60,174 bases of DNA from an uncultured Dehalococcoidia bacterium (GCA_964512285.1 CAZEJO010000008.1:1-60174); one strand, 5' to 3'. Shown: positions 8,886 through 19,015, numbered from the stretch's first letter. Numbers and translations: made by a program. The notes: generated from the sequence alone by a model not told the origin.

Positions 8886-9779
8886 GTGATGGCCAGCCAG
8901 CAGCTTGAGGCGATCGTGAGGGTGTTGAGGTCGGGCCCGCCCATGATAGAGCTCAGCATCGAGGAGCAGCGTGCCACGTTCGAAAGGATGACCTCGCGGT
9001 TCCAGCCTGGGGAGGACGTACGCTGCGAGCGGCTGGATGCAGGGGGCGTTCCCGCCGAGTGGATCACCACCCCCGAAGCGGCGCACCAGCGGGTCGTCTA
9101 CTACCTCCACGGCGGTGGTTATGTGCTCGGTTCGATCAACACGCACCGCGAGATGATCTCTCGGATATCGCGGGCGGCGGGCGCAAGGGCCCTCGCCATC
9201 GACTACCGGCTGGCGCCGGAAAACCCGTTCCCCGCCGCAGTTGAAGACTGCACGGCTGCCTACCGCTGGCTGCTCTCCACAGGGGTGGATCCTGCCCGGC
9301 TGGTGATCGCCGGTGACTCTGCGGGTGGGGGATTAACGGTGGCCACCCTCGTGGCACTACGGGATGCGGGAGAGTCGCTGCCGGCGGCGGCGGTGTGCCT
9401 TTCGCCCTGGGTTGACCTGGAATGCTTTGGAGAATCCATGACTACCAAAGCCGAGGTAGACCCGCTGGTGCAGCGGGATGCCGGCGTCCGGTGGGCGAAT
9501 GCTTATCTTGGAGACACTCACCCCCACACACCCTTAGCGGCTCCTCTTCACGCTGACCTTACGGGGCTGCCCCCCCTGCTCATCCAGGTGGGCACAGAGG
9601 AGGCGCTGCTAGATGACTCCACTCGCCTCGCCGAGCGGGCAAAGTCGGCTGGTGTGGACGTGGCGCTCGAGGTCTGGGACGGTATGATCCACGTCTGGCA
9701 TTTCTTTGCCGAAATGCTGCCGGAGGGTCAGCAGGCTATCGACCGCATCGGCGAGTTCGTTCGGAAGCACACGGGCTGA
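8886..9779 (+). CDS. Family IV (HSL-like) esterase / lactone hydrolase
   Basis: HGGGY, DYRLAPE.PFPAA, GDSAGG, HVW motifs. Confidence 0.92.
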   Translation: MMASQQLEAIVRVLRSGPPMIELSIEEQRATFERMTSRFQPGEDVRCERLDAGGVPAEWITTPEAAHQRVVYYLHGGGYVLGSINTHREMISRISRAAGARALAIDYRLAPENPFPAAVEDCTAAYRWLLSTGVDPARLVIAGDSAGGGLTVATLVALRDAGESLPAAAVCLSPWVDLECFGESMTTKAEVDPLVQRDAGVRWANAYLGDTHPHTPLAAPLHADLTGLPPLLIQVGTEEALLDDSTRLAERAKSAGVDVALEVWDGMIHVWHFFAEMLPEGQQAIDRIGEFVRKHTG

Positions 9780-9858
9780 GCCTTCGAGCAGCCGGTGCGG
9801 CGGGAAGGCCGGCGCTTTCTGCTGAGCGGCTAGAGGCTCCTGTCGTGCAGGTCCGCTG

Positions 9859-10353
9859 CTAGCCCGGCATCGTTCCCCTGAGCATGGAAATGTTCTGGTC
9901 GCCCAGGGGGGCGATCAGTTCGAAAATGATTCCGCCAGGCTGGCGGGTATCCAGGTAGGCGTAAGCCTGGCCAAACGGGTCCTTTTGAAGCACCTGCAAT
10001 CCCATGGCTTCGGCCTGCGCCAGCTTGGCTGCGAAATCCTTGACAAAGAAGCCCAGGTGGTGGAGGCCCTCCCCGTGCTCACGCAGGAACTCAAGGTGCA
10101 CGCTGTCGCCTTCGAGGATCTGGATCAGTTCGATCTCGACCTGGCCGACGGTGGCAAAGGCTAGCCGGGCCTTGATGTACTTCTCCTCGCCGCGGTCCCA
10201 GACATTGGGCGCTCCCACCTCCCTTATATCCCACGGACCCATCCCGAAGGCGGACTCGTAAAAGGCTATGGCGCGGTCAATGTCTTCCACCACCACGCCT
10301 ATTTGGCCCACGGCGGGCAACTGGAGCTGCTGCTTGATATCGTCTGCTGTCAT
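9859..10353 (-). CDS. VOC/glyoxalase-family protein (methylmalonyl-CoA epimerase-like)
   Basis: QIGVVV.D, EIELIQ, GEGLHHLGF, FEL metal-binding pattern. Confidence 0.82.
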   Translation of the reverse strand: MTADDIKQQLQLPAVGQIGVVVEDIDRAIAFYESAFGMGPWDIREVGAPNVWDRGEEKYIKARLAFATVGQVEIELIQILEGDSVHLEFLREHGEGLHHLGFFVKDFAAKLAQAEAMGLQVLQKDPFGQAYAYLDTRQPGGIIFELIAPLGDQNISMLRGTMPG

Positions 10354-10389
10354 CACAAACCTCTCGTTTCTTCGTGCCCGCCAACGGTC

Positions 10390-11232
10390 TCAGGCGAAGC
10401 TCTTCGCCACCTCTGCATACCTATCCAGGAAGGGGAGAACCCTGTCTGCCGGCGCGGGTGGAAGCCAGAAGACGCAGCGCTCCACTCCCAGCTCGACGTA
10501 GTGCTGGATGACCTCGGGCCGGGAAGCCGCGCCGAAGACGGTGACCGGGATTGGCCCGCGACCGGCCTCGGCGGCCAGGCTGTTGAGCTCGGCGATGCAG
10601 TCGGATAGGGGCCTCTTAAGGACCACGGGGATGGGCATCCAGCCGTCGCTGTACTCCACCACCCGCTTAAGGGCGTGGGGCCCGTCGCCGCCCACGAAAA
10701 TCGGCGGGTGAGGCTTCTGGACGGGTTTCGGCCATGACCAGATGGGGTCGAAGTTGACGAAGCGGCCGTGGAACTCGGCCTCGTCCTGGGTCCAGATGGT
10801 CTTCATGGCCAGGATCTGCTCCCGCATCAGCTTCCAGCGCTGGGGCGGGTTGGTGCCGTGGTTCTCCATCTCTTCCAGGTTCCAGCCGGCGCCGATGCCG
10901 AACAGGAGCCGCCCGCGGGAGATGAAGTCCAGGCTGGCGACCTCCTTCGCGAGGGTGATGGTGTCGCGCTCGATCATCAGACAGACCCCCGTGCCGACCA
11001 GGAGGTGCTCTGTGGCCGTGGCGGCGGCGCTAAGGGCTACGAAGGGGTCCAGGCTGTGGGAGTATTCCTGGGGCAGCTCACCGCCGCCCGGCCATGGGGT
11101 TCGCCGGCTGGTGGGGATATGGGTGTGCTCTGGGAAGAAGAGCGACTCGAAGCCGCGCTCCTCCGCGGCCTTAGCGAGTTCTGCTGGACCAATGGAGTAG
11201 TCGGTGGGGAAAATTGTGACGCCGAACTTCAT
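10390..11232 (-). CDS. LLM-class F420-dependent oxidoreductase (Rv2161c-like)
   Basis: AEERGFESLFFPEHTHIP, DPFVAL, AKEVASLD.IS.GR, PKPVQKPHPPI.VGG. Confidence 0.9.
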   Translation of the reverse strand: MKFGVTIFPTDYSIGPAELAKAAEERGFESLFFPEHTHIPTSRRTPWPGGGELPQEYSHSLDPFVALSAAATATEHLLVGTGVCLMIERDTITLAKEVASLDFISRGRLLFGIGAGWNLEEMENHGTNPPQRWKLMREQILAMKTIWTQDEAEFHGRFVNFDPIWSWPKPVQKPHPPIFVGGDGPHALKRVVEYSDGWMPIPVVLKRPLSDCIAELNSLAAEAGRGPIPVTVFGAASRPEVIQHYVELGVERCVFWLPPAPADRVLPFLDRYAEVAKSFA

Positions 11233-11376
11233 AGGCTTCCTCCTGGTCTGATGAAGGGCAATGCGTGCGGGAGAAAGGTGACGCTCGCTGAGGGCACAAG
11301 GGGATGGGTCGGGCGACGGGGCTCTAATCTAGGGCTCTCTACCTGGAAAGCAAGCATTCTTGGTCTGCACGATCTG

Positions 11377-11399
11377 AAACGACACCAGCGTGTCGTTTT
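11377..11399. terminator. Hairpin, terminator-like, just downstream of the tRNA remnant
   Basis: aaacgacac-cagc-gtgtcgttt, a perfect 9-bp stem. Confidence 0.5.
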
Positions 11400-11412
11400 C
11401 GCATCCGGAATC

Positions 11413-11457
11413 TGGATGGCCGGGTGGGATTCGAACCGACGACTCGCGGATCAAAAG
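11413..11457 (-). pseudogene. 3' half of a tRNA gene (Lys-TTT or Gln-TTG like); possible att-site scar
   Basis: Minus strand reads CTTTTGA TCCGC GAGTC GTCGG TTCGAAT CCCAC CCGGCCA T CCA: anticodon loop, T-arm with one mismatch, acceptor strand and CCA. No 5' half or D-arm upstream. Confidence 0.75.
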
Positions 11458-11596
11458 TAGCAGACTTACGCCTTATTGTTAAGGCCCTAGATTGGAGATC
11501 TTCACAGAACCTTCAGGGAAACGTTGGGTGACTGGGGAGGAAATGGGCATATACTTGGCGGGCTATGCCAGCGCAAGCCGCTGGCCTGCCAGGTAT

Positions 11597-11657
11597 CGAA
11601 AAATCGATTGCCAACGATTGCTCTAGGCTTGACAGGCAATCATGAGAGTCGTAGCGT
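11597..11657 (+). promoter_or_regulatory. Sigma70 promoter with LacI-like operator half-sites for the sugar ABC operon
   Basis: TTGACA(11629)-N17-TAGCGT, preceded by aaatcgattgc and aacgattgc. Confidence 0.55.
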
Positions 11658-11702
11658 GTTATAGATCGAAGATTTCGCGCACGAGAGGGAAAGGAGGACC
11701 TT

Positions 11703-12992
11703 GTGTTTCACAGCAAGAGGTCGTATCTGCTACTCATCTTGTTCGCAATCACTGCCTTCGTGGGCCTGGGCTTTGTCGCGTGCGGCGATGATGGGGAGGA
11801 AGGCCCGCAGATCGGAAGCGTCGACGTCCTGGGCCTCTGGGGCGACGAAGAGCTCGTCTCCTTCGAGGCGATGGTTGCCCCTTGGGAGACGGACACAGGC
11901 GGCGACATGGCGTTCACCGGCACGCGGGACATCACCACCGTCCTCGCCACCCGGGTTGAGGGCGGCAACCCGCCCGATGTCGCCATCCCGGCGGAGGTAG
12001 GACGGTTTCAGCAGTTCGCTCGGGAAGGTAAGCTGACACCTCTCTCTGCCTGTAAGGGGCTGGAGGAGACGGTAAAGGCCAACTACCCTCAGGGGTTCAT
12101 CGACCTGGGCACCGTGGACGGCGTCCTGTACGGTTTCTTCATGAAGGCCGATACCAAGGGGACGATCTGGTACAATCCCAAGTTCTTCGCTGACAACGGC
12201 TACGAGCCGCTCACGGCCAGCAGCACCTGGGACGACCTCATCGCCCTTTCCGACCAGATCCTGGCGGACGGCACTCCGCCCTGGTCCATCGGTGTCGAGA
12301 GTGGTGAGGCCAGCGGCTGGCCCGGCACCGACTGGATTCAGCAGATCCTCCTGAACGAGGCCGGCGGCGACGTCTACGACGGCGTCATCGACGGCTCCGT
12401 CCCCTTCACGGATGCGAAGGTCAAGGATGCCTGGGAGAAGTTCGGCGAGATCGCGCTCACCGAGGGTTACACGGTGCAAGGGGGCGCCGAGGGGATCAAC
12501 GCCACGAACTTCGTAAACTCCAGCTACCCGCCCTTCGAGAGCCCGCCTACGGCGGCCATGGTCTACCTGGGCGGCTTCGCCTCCGGCTTCATCACCGATC
12601 AGTTCCCGGACGCTGTCGCTGGTGAAGACTTCGATTTCTTCCCGTTCCCTGGTGGTGGGGTCACCGGCGGTGCCAACATTGTCTACGCCTTCAACGGCGA
12701 TGAGACGACCTGCTCCTTCCTCAACTACCTGGCCAGCGCTGAGGCCCAGGCGATCTGGGTGAACAGGGGCGGCTTCACCTCCGTGAACAGCCAGGTGAGC
12801 CTGGATTCCTACCCTGACGCTGTGGCGCGTGCCCAGGCGGAGCAGCTCGCTACTGCCGAGCTCTTCCGCTTCGACCTGGACGACGCCATCGGCGGGGCGA
12901 TCCAGTTGGCGGAATTCGACGGCGTCACTCAGTACCTGGCGAACCCGGGCGACTTGGACGACATCCTGTCGGATATCGAGGCATCTCGGTAG
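11703..12992 (+). CDS. Sugar ABC transporter substrate-binding lipoprotein (alpha-glucoside AglE-like)
   Basis: Lipobox FVAC; GNPPDVA; WYNPK; GVESGEASGWPGTDWI; AGGAGG RBS. Confidence 0.9.
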   Translation: MFHSKRSYLLLILFAITAFVGLGFVACGDDGEEGPQIGSVDVLGLWGDEELVSFEAMVAPWETDTGGDMAFTGTRDITTVLATRVEGGNPPDVAIPAEVGRFQQFAREGKLTPLSACKGLEETVKANYPQGFIDLGTVDGVLYGFFMKADTKGTIWYNPKFFADNGYEPLTASSTWDDLIALSDQILADGTPPWSIGVESGEASGWPGTDWIQQILLNEAGGDVYDGVIDGSVPFTDAKVKDAWEKFGEIALTEGYTVQGGAEGINATNFVNSSYPPFESPPTAAMVYLGGFASGFITDQFPDAVAGEDFDFFPFPGGGVTGGANIVYAFNGDETTCSFLNYLASAEAQAIWVNRGGFTSVNSQVSLDSYPDAVARAQAEQLATAELFRFDLDDAIGGAIQLAEFDGVTQYLANPGDLDDILSDIEASR

Positions 12993-13016
12993 CAGGGCAT
13001 ATCGCGCTCAAGTAAC

Positions 13017-13058
13017 GCGGCGGGGTGGCCTCCGTCGGGCAGAGGCTTGCCCCGCCGC
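13017..13058 (+). other. Intercistronic stem-loop after the binding-protein gene
   Basis: gcggcgggg...ccccgccgc stem; typical mRNA-stabilising hairpin in ABC operons. Confidence 0.6.
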
Positions 13059-13076
13059 ACACGAGCGAGCCGATAG

Positions 13077-14006
13077 ATGGTCGGACGGCGGTGGTGGACC
13101 CCTTGGCTCTGGCTAGCGCCGGCGCTGGTCTTGCTGGGCGTATTTCTCGTCTATCCCGTCGTTGATACCATCCGCCGGAGCTTCCTAGATGAGCGATCGA
13201 AGAACTTCGTCGGGTTCGACAACTACCAGTTCATCATCGATAATCCGCAGCCCCTGGTGAGCGACACCCACTCGGCCCTCCTGAACAACGTCATGTGGCT
13301 CACTCTGTTCACCGTCATCACCGTCTGCCTGGGTCTCATCCTTGCCGTCCTCACCGGACGGGTGCGCTACGAGGCGGTGGCGAAATCGACCATCTTCATT
13401 CCCATGGCCGTCTCCTTCGTCGCCGCTTCTGTTATCTGGCGCTTCATGTACGAGTTCAACACCGAGATCGGCACCGTGAACGCGACGGTCACGTCACTGG
13501 GTGGCGAGCCGACCGCTTGGCTGCAGGACACCGGCGCGCCCCAGACCTGGTTGACCCAGCGAGGGCCGGACACGTTGCCGCAGCCAATTCAGATCAATAA
13601 CCTGGCCCTGATCCTGGTGGGCGTCTGGATGTGGACGGGTTTCGCGATGGTGGTTCTGTCCGCCGGGCTCAAGGGGATCTCTACGGAGGTTCTGGAGGCG
13701 GCCCGCGTGGACGGGGCGAACGAGTGGCAGATCTTCCGGCGGATCATCGTCCCCATTCTCTCGCCGACCATCGTGGTGGTCGCCACCACCCTGGTGATTC
13801 AGGGTCTCAAGAAGTTCGACCTGGTCTGGGTAATGACGGGGGGCCGCTTCAAAACGGACGTGGTGGCCACCCTGTTCTACAAGGAGGCGTTCCGCATCGG
13901 CGACTTCGGGGTGGGTGCCGCCCTGGCGGTGGTTCTCCTTCTCTGGGTGTTGCCGGTCATGGTTATTGGCATCCGGCGGTTTCAGTTCCAGGAGGAGACC
14001 CGCTAG
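13077..14006 (+). CDS. Sugar ABC transporter permease (MalF-like)
   Basis: EAA motif EAARVDGANEWQIF; multiple TM helices. Confidence 0.92.
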   Translation: MVGRRWWTPWLWLAPALVLLGVFLVYPVVDTIRRSFLDERSKNFVGFDNYQFIIDNPQPLVSDTHSALLNNVMWLTLFTVITVCLGLILAVLTGRVRYEAVAKSTIFIPMAVSFVAASVIWRFMYEFNTEIGTVNATVTSLGGEPTAWLQDTGAPQTWLTQRGPDTLPQPIQINNLALILVGVWMWTGFAMVVLSAGLKGISTEVLEAARVDGANEWQIFRRIIVPILSPTIVVVATTLVIQGLKKFDLVWVMTGGRFKTDVVATLFYKEAFRIGDFGVGAALAVVLLLWVLPVMVIGIRRFQFQEETR

Positions 14007-14950
14007 TGGCGAGGCGAAACCCCTCGACGACGGCAGTGGCGGCTTCGTCGCCGTTCACTCTCGCCCTGCAAACCGCGAGGCGTCTAGCGGGGCGGATGCC
14101 GCTCCATCTGGCCCTCATCGGCCTGATGGTTCTATGGAGCATCCCTACCATCGCTCTGCTGGTGAGTTCCTTCCGGGAGGCCACGGCAATTGCCTCCTCG
14201 GGCTGGTGGAATGCTATCAAGAATCCCTTCGCCCTGACCGTCGAGAACTACCAGACGGTGCTGGAGAAGCAGGGGATGGCCCGAGCATTTTTCAACAGCG
14301 TTATCATCACAGTGCCCAGCACCGCGCTGGTGATCCTAGTGGCCGCCTGGGCGGCCTATGCCTTCGCCTGGATGAGGTTCCCGGCGCGGAACTTGCTGTT
14401 CCTCTTGATGGTCGCCTTGCTGGTGGTGCCGGTGCAGATGACTCTCATCCCGGTGTTGCGGCTCTACACCGACCTAACCGTCGACGCTCAGCTGCCGATC
14501 CTGGGCGGGCGGGTCTTCGGCACCAGCAGCTACGTGGGCATCTGGCTGGCCCACACGGCCTACGGCCTGCCCTTCGCCATCTATCTCTTGCGCAACTTCT
14601 TCGGCTCGCTGCCGCGTGACCTCTTCGAATCGGCCTATCTGGACGGCGCATCGGATCTGAGGGTCTTCTTCCGTATCGTCCTTCCCCTATCGATGCCCGC
14701 CATCTCCGCCCTGGCGATCTTCCAGTTCCTTTGGGTTTGGAACGATCTGCTAGTAGCCCTGATCCTCCTGGGGGATCCTGACCTTGCGCCCATGACGCTG
14801 AAGATCTCGAATCTAGTCAGCTCCTTCGGAACCAACTATCAGGTGCTCACGTCGGCCGCCTTCATCTCCATGGCGCTGCCGCTGGTCATCTTCTTCGCCC
14901 TGCAACGCTACTTCGTGCAGGGGATCCTGGCCGGCGCCGTCAAGGGGTAG
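14006..14950 (+). CDS. Sugar ABC transporter permease (MalG-like)
   Basis: ESAYLDGAS, WNDLL, QRYFVQGILAGAVKG. GTG at 14006 overlaps the upstream stop and follows GGAGG. Confidence 0.9.
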   Translation: MARRNPSTTAVAASSPFTLALQTARRLAGRMPLHLALIGLMVLWSIPTIALLVSSFREATAIASSGWWNAIKNPFALTVENYQTVLEKQGMARAFFNSVIITVPSTALVILVAAWAAYAFAWMRFPARNLLFLLMVALLVVPVQMTLIPVLRLYTDLTVDAQLPILGGRVFGTSSYVGIWLAHTAYGLPFAIYLLRNFFGSLPRDLFESAYLDGASDLRVFFRIVLPLSMPAISALAIFQFLWVWNDLLVALILLGDPDLAPMTLKISNLVSSFGTNYQVLTSAAFISMALPLVIFFALQRYFVQGILAGAVKG

Positions 14951-15003
14951 AGCGCCTTCAGACGGGCGGCGATGATACAATGTTTTGGGAGTGAAAACGG
15001 GCG

Positions 15004-16119
15004 ATGGCAACGGTAACCTACGACCACGTGACGAAGCGGTTCGATACCGTCCTCGCGGTCAACGATTTCAACCTGGAGATCTCCGACAAGGAGTTTCTGG
15101 TACTGGTAGGCCCTTCCGGCTGCGGCAAGTCCACCGCCCTGCGGCTGCTGGCCGGCCTGGAAGAGATCACTGAGGGCAAGATCTACATCGGTGACCGGCT
15201 GGTCAACCACGTCCCTGCGAAGGACCGGGACATCGCTATGGTCTTCCAGTCCTACGCCCTCTATCCTCACATGTCCGTGCACGACAACATGGCCTTCGGC
15301 CTGACGTTGCGGAAGGTCCCCAAGGAGGAGATCGGCCGTCGGGTGCGTGAGGCGGCGCAGGTTCTGGGCATCGAGGATCTGCTCAAGCGGAAGCCGAGGC
15401 AGCTATCGGGCGGCCAGCGGCAGCGCGTGGCCCTGGGCCGGGCCATCGTGCGCGACCCGGCGGCGTTCCTTCTGGACGAACCCCTTTCGAACCTGGACGC
15501 CAAGCTGAGGGTGCAGACCCGGGCTGAGCTGAGCAAGCTCCACCAGCGGCTGGGCACCACCTTCATCTACGTTACCCATGACCAGGTGGAGGCTATGACC
15601 ATGGCCACGCGAATCGCCGTGATGAAGGATGGGTTGCTCCAGCAGGTGGGAGCGCCGCAGGAGCTGTACGACCGGCCCAGCAACGTTTTCGTCGCCGGCT
15701 TCATCGGGAGCCCGGCTATGAACTTCTTCCAGGCGAGGGTGAAGGGCCAGCGGGAGGAGATGCACCTGGACATCGACAGCTTTCAGGTGCCGGTCCCAGC
15801 TTCCTGGGTGGACGACCTCCTCCCCTACGCGGGGAAAGAGGTCATCTTCGGCATGCGGCCGGAGAACATCTGTGACCCAGACTGCCAGCCCCCAAGCACC
15901 GACGCGGCGCCAGTGACGGCTATGGTGGATGTCACCGAGGTCATGGGGAGCGAGGTCTTCCTTCACCTGATGGCGGACGGCAAGCCGTTCATGGCGCGAG
16001 TGGATCCCCGGACCAAGGCGCGTCCCGGTCAGGAGATACGGGTTGAATTCGATATGGCCCGGATGCACGTCTTCGCCTCGGAGACGGAGGAGGCCATCGG
16101 CTTAAGGGAGATGCGGTAG
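15004..16119 (+). CDS. Sugar ABC ATPase (MalK/UgpC family)
   Basis: GPSGCGKST, VFQSYALYPHM, LSGGQRQR, DEPLSNLD, FIGSPAMN, TOBE domain. Confidence 0.95.
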   Translation: MATVTYDHVTKRFDTVLAVNDFNLEISDKEFLVLVGPSGCGKSTALRLLAGLEEITEGKIYIGDRLVNHVPAKDRDIAMVFQSYALYPHMSVHDNMAFGLTLRKVPKEEIGRRVREAAQVLGIEDLLKRKPRQLSGGQRQRVALGRAIVRDPAAFLLDEPLSNLDAKLRVQTRAELSKLHQRLGTTFIYVTHDQVEAMTMATRIAVMKDGLLQQVGAPQELYDRPSNVFVAGFIGSPAMNFFQARVKGQREEMHLDIDSFQVPVPASWVDDLLPYAGKEVIFGMRPENICDPDCQPPSTDAAPVTAMVDVTEVMGSEVFLHLMADGKPFMARVDPRTKARPGQEIRVEFDMARMHVFASETEEAIGLREMR

Positions 16120-16154
16120 CCGTCTGCATGTGGACGACAGCGCACAAGGCGTCG

Positions 16155-16194
16155 TGGGGCGCCAATGTTCGAGTCGTATCTCCGCAGGTCAAGC
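16155..16194. repeat. 40-bp motif, copy 1 of 2 (direct repeat with 27741-27780)
   Basis: tggggcgccaatgt-N14-cgcaggtcaagc. Confidence 0.75.
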
Positions 16195-16289
16195 AGCCAG
16201 TCACTCGTAATCAAGAGGCTGGAAGCTGGCTGGCGACGCCCTGTTTCGGCTGCTGAGGGGCGCGGCGGCGCTGAGTCGAAGGAGGCACC

Positions 16290-17168
16290 ATGAGGCGAGA
16301 GGACGTCGCCTTCTATTCAGAGGGATGCCGACTGGCGGGATACCTCTATCTTCCCGATGACCTGAAGGGAGGGGAGCGAAGGCCGGCGGTAGTGCTGGCC
16401 CAGGGCTACAGCGGCGTCAAGGAGTTGATCCTTCCCGCGTACGCCGAGCGATTCGCCGGCGAGGGGTCGGTTGCCCTGACGTTCGACTACCGCGGCTTCG
16501 GGAGCAGCGAGGGGCAGCGCGGCAGGTTGCTGGCCCTGGAGCAGGTGGAGGACATCCGCAGTGCCGTGACCTACGTCCGCACTCGCTCAGAGGTAGATGC
16601 CGACCGGATCGGCCTGTGGGGGACCTCCTACGGTTGTGGACTGGTGGTCTACAGTGCGGCCCTGGACGAGCGAGTCAAGGCGGTTGTGGCGCAGATCGGC
16701 ATCGCCGATGGCCTGACCTCGGCCACCCGGGCGCTGAACCCTCAGCAGGTGGAGGTGCTGAGGGCGGGAATCGAGCAAGACCGCAAGCAGCGGGTGCTGA
16801 CCGGACGGGGGATGTATGTGGATCCGTTTGTCATCATCCCCGATCCGGAGATGAAGGCGTTCTTCGAGCGGCATTTTCCGACCATGCCTCACCTGAAGAC
16901 CCAGATTCTCTTCCAGTACGTGGAGGCGCACCTCGAGTTCAGTCCGATATCGGTGGTGGACCGCATTGCGCCGCGGGCGCTGCTGATCATCGCCGCCGAG
17001 CGCGATGTCATCTGCCCGGCCGACGAGCTGGAGCGCATGTACGAGCGCGCCGGCAACCCGAAGAAGTTTGCGCTGATGGAGGGCGTCACCCACTTCGAGT
17101 GCTATGAGGGCCAGGGCATGGAGCGCACGTGCGGCGAGGCCATCGAGTGGTACAAGGCTCACCTGTGA
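16290..17168 (+). CDS. Alpha/beta hydrolase (S15/CocE/FrsA-like)
   Basis: FDYRGFG.SEG, nucleophile elbow GTSYG, C-terminal His (THF); AAGGAGG RBS. Confidence 0.88.
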   Translation: MRREDVAFYSEGCRLAGYLYLPDDLKGGERRPAVVLAQGYSGVKELILPAYAERFAGEGSVALTFDYRGFGSSEGQRGRLLALEQVEDIRSAVTYVRTRSEVDADRIGLWGTSYGCGLVVYSAALDERVKAVVAQIGIADGLTSATRALNPQQVEVLRAGIEQDRKQRVLTGRGMYVDPFVIIPDPEMKAFFERHFPTMPHLKTQILFQYVEAHLEFSPISVVDRIAPRALLIIAAERDVICPADELERMYERAGNPKKFALMEGVTHFECYEGQGMERTCGEAIEWYKAHL

Positions 17169-17170
17169 GG

Positions 17171-18763
17171 TCAGTATCTTACTGACTTACCGTATTTCTC
17201 CCGCAAGACGGTCTTCAGAACCTTCATGGCCGGATTGCGGGGCAGGGCATCGATGAAATCGACGGACCGGGGCTTCTTGTAGCTGGCCAGGCGCTCCTTG
17301 CAGAAGTCGATGACCTCCTCCTCGGTCAGCGTTTCCCCCGGCTTGGTAACGACGATAGCCTTGACGTTCTCGCCCCACTGCTCATCGTAGACGCCGATGA
17401 CCGCCGCCTCCAGGATCTTGGGGTGCTTGTGGAGGACCTCCTCGATCTCCGCCGGATAGATGTTCTCGCCGCCGCTGACGATCATGTCCGTCTTGCGGTC
17501 CACGATGTATAGGAAGCCTTCCTCATCCTGGCGAACAGCGTCGCCTGAGTGGAACCAGCCGTTCCTGAAGGCCGCGGCGGTCGCCTCCGGGTTGTTGTAG
17601 TATTCCTTCATGATCGTGCGACCGCGATAGACGGCTTCGCCCACCTCGCCCACTGGCACATCCCGGTCCTGGTCGTCCACCACCCGGATCTCGACGAAGG
17701 GGAGGGCTCTGCCCACCGAGGCCACCTTTCGCTCCGCGTCGGAGGGCCTCAGCAGGGAGACCACCGCATTCGTCTCCGTCTGGCCGAAGCAGTCGAAGAT
17801 CTTGACGTGGGGGAAGGCTTCCATGATCCGTCTTCGCAGGTCGGTGGTCAGGATGGCCGCGCCTGTGATCCAAGCCTTCAGGGAGCTGGTATCGTACTTG
17901 TCGAGCCCGGGCATCTGCAGCAGGAAGTTGGCCATGGCGGGGATCAGGAGAACCGAGTCGCACTTCTCCCGCTCCAGCAGTTGCATGATCTCCACCGGGT
18001 TGAAGACCTCGGTGGTTAGGATGACTGTCGCCCCAAATAGGAGATTGGCCAAGCAAGTGCCAAAGGAGGCTAGATGGAAGATGGGAGGGGCAGCACAGGC
18101 TCGCCAGATCGACATGTCGCCGAGGTCGGGTTCGCGGCTGAGCTCAAGAATAGCCAGCGTCCAGATGATGGTCTGACCTTTATGGGTAAGGACGGCTCCC
18201 TTGGGCCTGCCGGTGGTTCCAGCGGTGTACATGATGAAGGCGGGATCGTCCTCCTCTACCAGGACCAGCGGCTCATCGTCGGGATACTTCTGGAGAAGGC
18301 TCTCGAAGTGATGCATCCCTTCCACCGGCTTCTCGCTCACAGAGATGTACTGCCTAACCTTGGGGAGGTCCTTCTGAATCCCTCTGACAGTGTTGACGAA
18401 AGCCTCTCCCAGGATGAAGGCCACGGCATCGGCATTGTCGACGATATACGCGATCTCTTCAGGGTGGAGGCGAAAGTTCAAGGGAACGGCTATCGCGCCG
18501 ATCTTGGCCATGGCAAGGTAGGCCTCCAGGTATTGGTTGCAGTTGAAGAGAAGGATGGCTACCTTCTCCCCTTTCTTCACTCCCATACCCATGAGGGCGT
18601 GCGCCAGGCAATTGATGCGGGCGTTGAACTCACGATAGGTCAGGCGCGTATCGCCGTAGATAACGGCCTCTCTATCGGGAAACTTGCGGGCGTTGCTGGC
18701 GATTATCTCCCCCAGAAGGAGCCTCTTTGCCAGCGCCTCTTCGATGGCCTGCTTCGATTGCAT
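17171..18763 (-). CDS. Acyl-CoA synthetase (long-chain fatty-acid--CoA ligase family)
   Basis: YTAGTTGRPKG, FGQTE, GWFHSGD, DRKTDMIVSGGENIYPAEIE, LPRNPAMKV. Confidence 0.93.
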   Translation of the reverse strand: MQSKQAIEEALAKRLLLGEIIASNARKFPDREAVIYGDTRLTYREFNARINCLAHALMGMGVKKGEKVAILLFNCNQYLEAYLAMAKIGAIAVPLNFRLHPEEIAYIVDNADAVAFILGEAFVNTVRGIQKDLPKVRQYISVSEKPVEGMHHFESLLQKYPDDEPLVLVEEDDPAFIMYTAGTTGRPKGAVLTHKGQTIIWTLAILELSREPDLGDMSIWRACAAPPIFHLASFGTCLANLLFGATVILTTEVFNPVEIMQLLEREKCDSVLLIPAMANFLLQMPGLDKYDTSSLKAWITGAAILTTDLRRRIMEAFPHVKIFDCFGQTETNAVVSLLRPSDAERKVASVGRALPFVEIRVVDDQDRDVPVGEVGEAVYRGRTIMKEYYNNPEATAAAFRNGWFHSGDAVRQDEEGFLYIVDRKTDMIVSGGENIYPAEIEEVLHKHPKILEAAVIGVYDEQWGENVKAIVVTKPGETLTEEEVIDFCKERLASYKKPRSVDFIDALPRNPAMKVLKTVLREKYGKSVRY

Positions 18764-18854
18764 GGCCCACCTCCGTTAGGATCGGCGCCATCAAGCTCAT
18801 CTCGCCCTGAGGTGTATCCCCTCTTGTGACTCTGGCGCCGGTGGCGGTGCCTCA

Positions 18855-18883
18855 ATCCTACCTGCAGTCGAGGGATTAGGCAA
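18855..18883 (-). promoter_or_regulatory. Putative sigma70 promoter of the acyl-CoA ligase
   Basis: TTGCCT-N17-TAGGAT on the minus strand. Confidence 0.5.
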
Positions 18884-19015
18884 GCAGCGGGGCAACGGGT
18901 TACGGCCGACCCGCCGCCACCACGAACCGCACGAGGGCTTTGGCTACCATCAGGGCGGCCGGGCCTATTATAATGGCCAGGCCGGACTGGCTTCCGTTGC
19001 AGAGGGGTGAGCTAT

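Noticed and set aside
9859-10353. Assignment as the epimerase partner of the mutase
   Set aside because: It lies about 9 kb away, beyond the tRNA remnant, and shows only generic VOC motifs.
11245-11285. Hammerhead ribozyme (CTGATGA...GAAA)
   Set aside because: Stem II and the flanking stems do not pair.
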